Positions 7,764-14,415 of a stretch of 14,415 bases of DNA are shown here, piece after piece. Source of the DNA: a virus. Taxonomy: Duplodnaviria; Heunggongvirae; Uroviricota; Caudoviricetes. Position 1 is the first letter of the stretch, and each line of letters begins with the position of its first letter. Location: the IMG/VR virus record IMGVR_UViG_2711768057_000001; one strand, 5' to 3'. Made by a program: the position numbers and the translations under genes. Below the pieces are notes generated by a model that was not told where the DNA came from, searched no databases, and was given only the letters and a program-made list of their open reading frames with translations.

Positions 7764-7892
7764 ATAGCGAAAAGTCAATGTTTGTTTCCATGAAAATCTC
7801 ACATGACCTGAGGAAAAATATAGACATAATAAGGAGCTACCCGAAGCCGGGCGGACACGACCGGCACAGTATGGACTTTATGAGGTAGCCCG

Positions 7893-8159
7893 ATGCACAC
7901 TGCTTTTTCTTCCCCGTCTTCTGCCCCTGCCGCGCCACTGATACCGGTCTCTGATGCCGTTCAGGAGCGATTTATCCGCCTGCCTGAAGTGATGCATCTG
8001 TGCGGCCTGTCACGGTCAACCATTTACGACCTCATCAGCCGGGAAGCCTTCCCGAAACAAATCTCCCTCGGTGGAAAAAACGTGGCGTGGGCGCACTCAG
8101 AAATCATGGCATGGATGACTGACCGCATTGCCGAACGTAACCGGGGTTATGACGCATGA
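7893..8159 (+). CDS. vis: AlpA/Vis-family helix-turn-helix regulator (88 aa)
   Basis: [48 protein letters not shown] matches the AlpA-family pattern (RLPEV...G.S..TIY......FP......V.W...EI..W). Position divergent from sid corresponds to P4 vis (orf88). Confidence 0.7.
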   Translation: MHTAFSSPSSAPAAPLIPVSDAVQERFIRLPEVMHLCGLSRSTIYDLISREAFPKQISLGGKNVAWAHSEIMAWMTDRIAERNRGYDA

Positions 8160-8194
8160 TGGTGACCATTCAGCAAACAGCCCCTTTTTCTGGC

Positions 8195-8224
8195 TTGCTT
8201 CCCTTCGCCGTTTCCAGGTATAGT
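8195..8224 (+). promoter_or_regulatory. Candidate sigma70 promoter (TTGCTT, 18 nt spacer, TATAGT), P4 PLE-like early promoter
   Basis: Hexamers at 8195-8200 and 8219-8224, immediately upstream of the seqA-like element. Confidence 0.35.
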
Positions 8225-8253
8225 TTTATCGCTGTCGCAAAATCGGCAGCCGG

Positions 8254-8279
8254 GCGTAGGAACCCGTGTAATTCACAGG
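8254..8279 (+). promoter_or_regulatory. seqA-like element (GCGTAGGAAC ... ATTCACAGG), upstream target of the immunity RNA
   Basis: Direct repeat of the element at 8461-8501 and complementary to 8416-8436. Confidence 0.5.
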
Positions 8280-8286
8280 CGACAAC

Positions 8287-8309
8287 AGACGCGCCATGCG
8301 TCTTTTTTT
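8287..8309 (+). terminator. Intrinsic terminator hairpin with a T7 tract inside the early leader
   Basis: AGACGC, loop GCCAT, GCGTCT, then TTTTTTT (8303-8309). Confidence 0.55.
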
Positions 8310-8384
8310 ACGTCGTTGCTCAGGCACACCCATTTTTCGGGCTGTGGTGCTTATCCCATAGCCCCTGTCAGATAATGGTGGTCC

Positions 8385-8440
8385 GGGCGGGGCAGCCTTC
8401 GGGCTGGCCGGTATTCTGTGAAGCCGGTATTCCTACCCCC
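8385..8440 (+). ncRNA. Candidate P4 CI-like immunity RNA core (seqB plus a UUCG-tetraloop hairpin); boundaries approximate
   Basis: Hairpin CAGCC-TTCG-GGCTG at 8393-8406. The 8416-8436 segment (CTGTGAAGCCGGTATTCCTAC) is the reverse complement, in bipartite form, of GTAGGAA and TTCACAG in the seqA and seqC repeats. Confidence 0.4.
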
Positions 8441-8460
8441 GTTCGGGTCACCACCCATGA

Positions 8461-8501
8461 GCGTAGGAACTCCGGTGGTGGCAATAACCGCTATTCACAG
8501 G
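8461..8501 (+). promoter_or_regulatory. seqC-like element overlapping the ribosome-binding site of the first early ORF
   Basis: GCGTAGGAAC at 8461-8470 and ATTCACAGG at 8493-8501; the Shine-Dalgarno AGGAGG at 8499-8504 overlaps it. Confidence 0.5.
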
Positions 8502-8512
8502 AGGTTGCCCTT

Positions 8513-8707
8513 ATGGCTACGACCCTCACCCCGTCACACCCGCAGTTTGTTTTTGTGTTTGCCGCCGTTCGTCGCGCCGACCGTAAACTCCGCATCTGTA
8601 TGCTTCGTACCGTTGCCGGTGATGAACACGCCGCACGTCTTTCCCTCGTTCGCGATTACGTCCTCTCGTTTGCTGGCCGTCTGCCGGTTGCGGAGGTGCG
8701 CGCATGA
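8513..8707 (+). CDS. Small early-operon protein (64 aa), hypothetical; positionally kil-like
   Basis: Internal ATG at 8513 with AGGAGG Shine-Dalgarno 9 nt upstream. The upstream 119 codons of the ORF-track call (8156..8707) cover the structured RNA region and are not credible coding. Stop overlaps the next start (ATGA). Confidence 0.55.
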   Translation: MATTLTPSHPQFVFVFAAVRRADRKLRICMLRTVAGDEHAARLSLVRDYVLSFAGRLPVAEVRA

Positions 8708-8931
8708 GACACTCCACCATTACCGCCCGAGACCTCGAATGTCTGGAGCATATGCGCAACGTCGGCCAGCTCGTCGGCGACCTGATGCAGGTGCAGGACT
8801 GCGCGACCGTTAGGCGTGACCCTGCGCAGCAGTTACAGCTCACCTCCGTGATTTACCTCATGACCGCCCAGCTAGACAGCGTGGTCGAGCGCTGCAATCA
8901 GCACTGGCTGACCGGGGAGGGTAATGTATGA
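8704..8931 (+). CDS. Small early-operon protein (75 aa), hypothetical
   Basis: GGAGGT Shine-Dalgarno 6 nt upstream; ATGA overlaps at both ends indicate translational coupling. Confidence 0.5.
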   Translation: MRHSTITARDLECLEHMRNVGQLVGDLMQVQDCATVRRDPAQQLQLTSVIYLMTAQLDSVVERCNQHWLTGEGNV

Positions 8932-9248
8932 AAAAGCCATTACCACCCGTATTACGTGCCGCGCTGTATCGTCGCGCCGTGGCCTGTGCATGGCTAACCC
9001 TGTGCGAACGTCAGCACCGCTATCCGCAACTCACCCTCGATGCACTCGAAAGCGCCATTGCCGCCGAGCTGGAGGGCTTCTACCTGCGCCAGCATGGCGA
9101 GGAAAAAGGCCGTCAGATTGCCTGTGCACTGCTGGAAGATTTAATGGAAGCTGGGCCACTCAAGGCCGCGCCCTCACTGTCCTTTCTCGGGCTCGCGGTG
9201 ATGGATGAACTTTGCGCCCGTCATATCACCGCACCGGTACTGCACTGA
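8928..9248 (+). CDS. Small early-operon protein (106 aa), hypothetical
   Basis: GGGGAGGG Shine-Dalgarno upstream; start overlaps the previous stop (ATGA). Last gene before attR. Confidence 0.55.
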   Translation: MKKPLPPVLRAALYRRAVACAWLTLCERQHRYPQLTLDALESAIAAELEGFYLRQHGEEKGRQIACALLEDLMEAGPLKAAPSLSFLGLAVMDELCARHITAPVLH

Positions 9249-9322
9249 GGGAGAAAATAACAATGAAAATGAATGTACGGAAAAATCCTTTATATTTAAT
9301 ACATTGAGAAATTTATTCAGAC

Positions 9323-9348
9323 TCCGCCAGCTCCACCAATCATGATTG
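9323..9348. repeat. attR: imperfect direct repeat of the ssrA 3' end, right junction of the island
   Basis: CTCCGCCAGCTCCACCAATCATGATT versus attL CTCCCGCCAGCTCCACCAAATCATGATC; the two copies differ by two single-base indels and one terminal substitution. Confidence 0.7.
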
Positions 9349-9468
9349 GACGGTATAAGGACAACACCAATAAAAACAGGAAGTTAGCAGTCTCAGCAGG
9401 ACACCGACCAGACGGTGAAGAGACATAAAAGGATACGCAAAGGAGCCGCGGCTCCTGGTGACATGAAA

Positions 9469-9489
9469 GCCCACAGATGTGGGCTTTTT
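9469..9489 (+). terminator. Rho-independent terminator-like hairpin downstream of attR
   Basis: GCCCAC, loop AGAT, GTGGGC, then TTTTT; resembles the hairpin after ssrA at attL. Confidence 0.5.
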
Positions 9490-9498
9490 CGTTGATGG

Positions 9499-12400
9499 TC
9501 AGAACGACCAGTTCACACCAGCTACCCCGTTCCACGGGGATTCCACACCGGCACCATGGCTATACCCCACCCCAAGATGCCCGCTTAACGTACTGCTGAA
9601 TGAGGCTTTAATACCTGCCTGGTATATTCCACGTCTGCCCGACAAATCATTGACGAAATTACCGTCACTATTCACTTTCACCCGGTTATCATCGACAAAT
9701 TCTTTGCGCACAGCCGCCTTCAGCCACGGCTCAACTTCCATACCGTTCCCCAGACGCATGTTGTAACTCAGCGTTGCACCCAGTTCACGATATAAACTGC
9801 GGGTATCGACTGATTTCGATTCCATGCCATTGGATAAATGATATTCAGGGTTATCAGCGGTGAACCCCCGTTAACGATGCATACGGCGTCAGGTTCCAGT
9901 TACCATCGGTAAATCGCATCCCGGTTTCAATGTGACCGCCCAGCCCGTTGCTGCGATAACTGCCGTTGGCGGCTCCACCGCTGCCAACCGTGGAGTCGCG
10001 AGCTTCGGTACCTGCTAATACCAATAAATTACCGCCATTTTCCAGCAACATATTGGTCGCTAAATTGCCGGAAATGGAAAAAGTGCCGTACTGGTGAGTA
10101 CCGCTGATTTCAATACCGTTAGCCGTGCTCGTCTGGAGAGCGGCACCGCTGTTCTGGACGATATCTGTCGCTTTGCCATTATCGTTAACTGTCAGCGTAC
10201 CGCCTTCATTGATCTTTGTTTTTATTGCCTCTCCGTTAGCTGAAACTGTTTGTATTCCGCCGTCGTTAATCGTTGTCTCATTCGCCACCCCCTCGACGAT
10301 TTGTTCGCCGCCGGTGAGCGTCGTGCCTGTCGCAGTGGCTTTTGTTTTGACGATCTCCCGTCCGCCCGTATTGACCTGTGTTTTGTCAGAAGAGGTGTCT
10401 GACTCCATGGTTAACACGCCGCCATTTGCCAGCAGGATATTGTTCGCCGCACCCTGCTCGATGCTGAACGCGACGCCATCCGCGCGTGTTCCTGTGACCC
10501 GCGTCGCCCTGGTGGTTGCAACCAAAGCGTCCTGGCTACTCTGCTGTATCCCCGTTGCGCTGCCTTTCTCCCGCACATCGAGTGTGCCGCCGTCATTAAG
10601 CACCGAGTTTTCAGCCAGACCGCCCTCATTAACTACCTGTGAACACCCATTAATAATGGAACCTTCCGCTGTCCCGTTTGCCATAATTTGTTGTAGGCCA
10701 GAGACGATATCGGTATTGATTGCCTTACCATAATTCTGAACGGTTTGCGTGCCACCATTGATGTGTGTTTTCTCTGTTGACCCACCATCAACAATTTGTT
10801 CACCACTTTCGATATTTGCCTCAGTGGCTAATCCATATACCGTTTGCTTGCCACCTTTGATATTTGCTTTATCAGAAGTGGCACTGGCATATATTGTTTG
10901 GGTGCCAGCACTATTGAGTACAGTGCCAACATCTTTTCCATAAACATCCATTTTGCCGTTGGCATTAATAATCGTATCAACTGCCCGGGAACCAGTGACG
11001 ACTGTTAATGAGCCAGCGTTTTCCAGCACTACATTTTTAGCTTCTGAATTCCTGATGTAGAAAGCATCACCATAACTGTTGGTTCCTTCGATAAGGGTTC
11101 CGGAAGTTGTGGAAGCAATTAATGCGCCGCCGGATTGTTGCTCAACATGCTTAGCCTCACCACCGTCCTGAACCTCCAGAACGCCACCATTATTAAGTCT
11201 GGTGGTATCTGTTTTAGCCTCCTTCTGGACAATCAGCTTACCGCCAGCATCAACGGTAGTATTTTTCGCCGAGGTTTTAGCCACTACCGTCAGTTCGCCG
11301 GTATTTTCCAGCACAACATAATTAGCCTCCCCTCCGGTAATAGTGAAGTGAGAGAGCTTGTTGTATCCTTCAATATCAGTCCCTGCGCCCGTGTTGGCAA
11401 CTAAAGCACTGCCCGTCTCCTGGTTAACCCCATGTGCAATACCACCGGTATAGACAATCAGCGAGCCTCCGGCGCTAATATTGCTGCCAGTTGCCGTACC
11501 ATCTTTCTCAACAACCTGCCGGCTCCCGGAGGATATAATTGTCGTGTCAGCTTTCCCGCCGCTCTTGATATTTTGCGTTCCGCCGTTGATATTGGTACCC
11601 GTGGCAATACCATGATTATTAATATTCTGTGTACCACCATTGATTATGGTATTGGTCGCGTTTCCGGTAACATCCATTACCCCGCCGTTATCTATTCGGG
11701 TCGCATCAGCTTTAGCATTCGTTAAAACTGACATTGTTCCTTTATCTTTAATAATCGTCTTGTTTGCCGAACCATATGCGTTTATGTCTAAATGACCACC
11801 GTTTTCCAGCAACACATTGTCTGCCACGTGATTGTGGATGGAGAATGCACCTTCACTATTCGTACCGCTCACCGTCGTACCGTTAGTGTTTGTTTTTAAA
11901 ATTGCACCATCGTGCTGGGTAACATTTGTTGCCGTACCACCACTAACATCAAGCACGCCACCGGAATAAACTTCAATAACATCCGAGGAGCTGGTGTAAT
12001 CAACAATTTGCGTACCACCAGAATAGATCTGAGTATTTTTGCCGTTGACTTATTATTCAGAGACTGAGTTCCACCTTCAATCATCGTGTCCAGCGCATGG
12101 CTTTCATATACTCTTTGCTCACCGCCATTTTTAATGGTGGTTGTTCCTACTGTGCTCTGTTCAACATACTGTCGTCCACCATTTATGATTGTGTTCGTTG
12201 CAATACTTCCTTGCGTGATGTCCTGATAACCGGACTTATTTATCGTTGTACCATCAACATGCCCCTGAGTTGTTACTTTCTGCCCTCCACCATCAATGAT
12301 GGTTCCATTCGCAGTCCCCCCACTTATGTGTGAATTACCACCCTTAATTGTCGTTCCATTGCTGATACCACCTGTATAAACGTCCTGATTGCCACTGTCG

Positions 12401-12768
12401 ATTATCGTACCGGTGGAAATGCCCCCGTCATGAATTGTCTGTCTTCCTCCGTTAATGGTTGTATTATTAGCCTGCCCCACAAAATTGTTATGACTTCCTA
12501 CATCTTGATATCCACCCGATTCAATAAGACTTCCATTAGATACCCCGCCATGAACATTCTGCTGGCCATGGTTGATAATATGAGTGTTATTTGTTGTACC
12601 TCGTTCATCTACTCTTTGGCTGCCATCTACAGTCTCATCGTTTACCACACCAATAACATCAGGAGTGAAGGCCGTCATCCCAGGCGGGGCATATATCAAG
12701 GCAGATATCAATAAGGAAAGTACTGAGCGGCGACAATAATGGGGACTGGTCCTGTTCATAAATTTCAT
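9499..12768 (-). pseudogene. ypjA: ypjA-like autotransporter adhesin split over three reading frames, with a short C-terminal beta-domain
   Basis: N-terminal fragment has a signal peptide (MKFMNRTSPHYCRRSVLSLLISALIYAPPGMTA); a 700 aa repetitive passenger region follows; the C-terminal fragment ends ...GVESPWNGVAGVNWSF, the autotransporter terminal signature. The three ORFs (11896..12888, 9854..11956, 9499..9825) are contiguous but in different frames. Confidence 0.7.
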
Positions 12769-13139
12769 CCTCTGAAAAGTGAATACTGAGTAGCGTTTAA
12801 GCGACCTTAGCTCTGCTGCAACATCAGCCCACAGGCACCAGACCAGGGGATTCATCCTGAAGAGACAGCGCAAGTGTATTGTGTTCACCGCTCATCAAAG
12901 ACATCATGATGAAATGATGATATTCCACATAAGAAAGAAGCATTTTTTAAACGCAGTGCGCTGAAGTATGGTTGGATAAAAAAGTCAATCTATTCAGGGA
13001 ATACGGGGGTATTCTTTTCTTTCGACAATCAGGCCGTCGGCAAAATAAAATGATTTACATAATCGTTTCTGATGAATATCTTCTGCTCACATAAAAATAA
13101 CACAATAACTTTGAGATCGCAGATTCTTTTACTTTTACA

Positions 13140-13290
13140 GCATTCGTCCCCCCATTGTTGGGCAAATATAGATTGGGCCAGAGCACGAAAGTTAATACCA
13201 CGTTTGCACAGCTCCTCCAACAGCACGACAAGATGCCACATACTGCGCCCCAGTCGGTTCGGTTTACAGACTACCCGTGCGTCCACCGCC
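13140..13290 (-). pseudogene. Serine recombinase (Pin/Hin/Gin-type invertase) remnant; approximate extent
   Basis: ORF 13029..13286 contains VVCKPNRLGRSMWHLVVLLEELCKRGINFRAL, matching the conserved invertase motif (VVWKLDRLGRS...L...EL...GI.FRSL). The catalytic N-terminus and the C-terminal HTH are absent. Confidence 0.4.
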
Positions 13291-13671
13291 GATAATGTCC
13301 TGAGCAGTTTTTTCAGTCCGGACCTCCTGCCACGGTTTTACGTTGAAGAGGTAACCCTGAGCACGCAGTTCATCAGTCAGGCGTGGTGTACCGTAACCCT
13401 ATTATTGATGGGTAAGATCAAAAAAACTTTCAGGCAGCTAAGGAAAGTTGAACCAGACATTAGAATAAATATTTCAACCAATTACAGCACCAATTCAGAC
13501 ACCGCCAGCTCAACAAATAAATCAAGGGGTTACGTGAAAGCGTAGCCCCTTTTTCTTTGGTAGTGGCAGCAAAATGGTTGTAGTGTAAAAAATAATCCCG
13601 TTTAATCAATCAATAATACATATTGTTTCAATCTACGTTATTATCTCTTTGTAAAAATAGCCATTTATTAA

Positions 13672-14415
13672 TCATTGAAAACTGCTTTTAGAACTTGATA
13701 CAACGGGACTAGTCACAACAGGACTATTCTCAACGGGATCATCCTCAGAGGAACTATCATCAAAGTCATCATCCATAAATAAAATATCATCGAATGGTGC
13801 CACGCCCGTGATGAGTTTTATTTTATTATTACGATCAGTCAAGACTCCACTTAAACCGTTTTCGCTCACAGGTTTTAATGATTTTTCATTACTCTTGTTG
13901 TAAGCAGGCGCATTAAAAATACACGGAGTATCAAGATCAAACAATGACGTTCCCCAGTTCACATATTGAATATCATAGTTACTGAAGTTCTGTCCAGAAA
14001 AGAAGCATCCCTTAAAATCCAATCCACCTAAATTATATAAACCATCCTCTTCTTTTTGGAGAGCAATGTTAATTTTGGCTATCTCCCGGACATCATCGCC
14101 ATTTTTATATTTGAATACCGTTTCAAGATTTTCCCCACACAGTTTGACTTCTGGAAATAATTTGAAATCAAAGCCTATATTATTATGTATCAACGTAGAT
14201 GAACAAAAGATGGAGAAAGCTTGCAGTGCTGAATTATAGCTTTCGATTTTATCCTGAGGCTGCGCTCTTGGTAAAAACTCATAGCAACATTCATAAAAAT
14301 TAAGTAGAAACTCTGAAGACCTTCCATTTTTATCAAATAATATCCCCTTGAACTCATTCACAAACGCATCTTTTTTTTCTTGAATATCTATGGGGTGTTC
14401 CTTTGACTCTGACAA
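13672..14415 (-). CDS. Hypothetical protein, 5' end truncated by the window edge (at least 247 aa), AT-rich, acidic Ser/Val/Pro-rich C-terminus
   Basis: Open frame from the window edge to the stop at 13672. No domain I can recognise; composition suggests horizontally acquired DNA. Confidence 0.5.
   Translation of the reverse strand: MSESKEHPIDIQEKKDAFVNEFKGILFDKNGRSSEFLLNFYECCYEFLPRAQPQDKIESYNSALQAFSIFCSSTLIHNNIGFDFKLFPEVKLCGENLETVFKYKNGDDVREIAKINIALQKEEDGLYNLGGLDFKGCFFSGQNFSNYDIQYVNWGTSLFDLDTPCIFNAPAYNKSNEKSLKPVSENGLSGVLTDRNNKIKLITGVAPFDDILFMDDDFDDSSSEDDPVENSPVVTSPVVSSSKSSFQ

Larger units (their letters stand above)
385..9348. mobile_element. P4-like satellite-phage island integrated at ssrA (int, defence hotspot, cos, psu-delta-sid, vis, RNA-immunity region, early ORFs)
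   Basis: Integrase immediately downstream of tmRNA; direct repeats of the ssrA 3' end at both ends; gene order and proteins resemble phage P4 (Psu, Ogr/Delta zinc finger, Sid, AlpA/Vis-like, cos-like 19-mer). Confidence 0.8.

Noticed and set aside
7706-7888. 60 aa plus-strand ORF across the GTTTGCC repeat region
   Set aside because: Spans a repeat-rich regulatory region, has no ribosome-binding site and a Cys-rich implausible translation; better explained as promoter/operator DNA.
8156-8512. N-terminal 119 codons of the 183 aa ORF-track call 8156..8707
   Set aside because: This stretch contains a terminator hairpin, a UUCG hairpin and the seqA/seqB repeats, and has no Shine-Dalgarno at 8156. 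The credible start is the internal ATG at 8513 with an AGGAGG site.
10125-11725. Several plus-strand ORFs (for example 10125..10733, 11135..11404, 11432..11725) inside the autotransporter region
   Set aside because: All are antisense to the repetitive passenger-domain coding sequence and have low-complexity Pro/Ser/Val-rich translations; they are artefacts of the repeat-rich opposite strand.
11896-12888. Treating the three autotransporter ORFs as separate genes with the ORF-track start codons
   Set aside because: They are contiguous pieces of one ypjA-like gene in three frames. The upstream 40 codons of the first ORF precede the signal peptide, and the credible start is the ATG at 12768.
13072-13545. 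157 aa plus-strand ORF in the AT-rich region after the autotransporter
   Set aside because: Overlaps the recombinase remnant on the opposite strand, has no ribosome-binding site and a low-complexity Ser/Thr/Asn-rich translation; likely non-coding decayed DNA.

Overview
The window starts inside the ssrA (tmRNA) locus of an Escherichia-like chromosome and runs through a roughly 8.9 kb P4-like satellite-phage island integrated at the ssrA 3' end (attL 385-412, imperfect attR 9323-9348). The island carries a P4-type tyrosine integrase (+), then an AT-rich two-gene defence cargo on the minus strand: an OLD-family ATPase/TOPRIM nuclease overlapping a UvrD-like SF1 helicase, i.e. a Gabija-like system in the int-to-cos hotspot. 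After a cos-like site comes the late operon psu / ogr-like delta / sid (minus), then a divergent control region with a TGT-N12-ACA activator site and phased TGTTCACC iterons, a Vis/AlpA-like regulator, a P4-type RNA-immunity region (seqA/seqB/seqC) and three translationally coupled small early ORFs. No epsilon or alpha primase-helicase gene is present before attR. Downstream of attR lie a ypjA-like autotransporter broken into three frames, a serine-recombinase remnant and an AT-rich ORF truncated at the window edge. All calls are from reading the sequence and recalled family knowledge; no database search was run.
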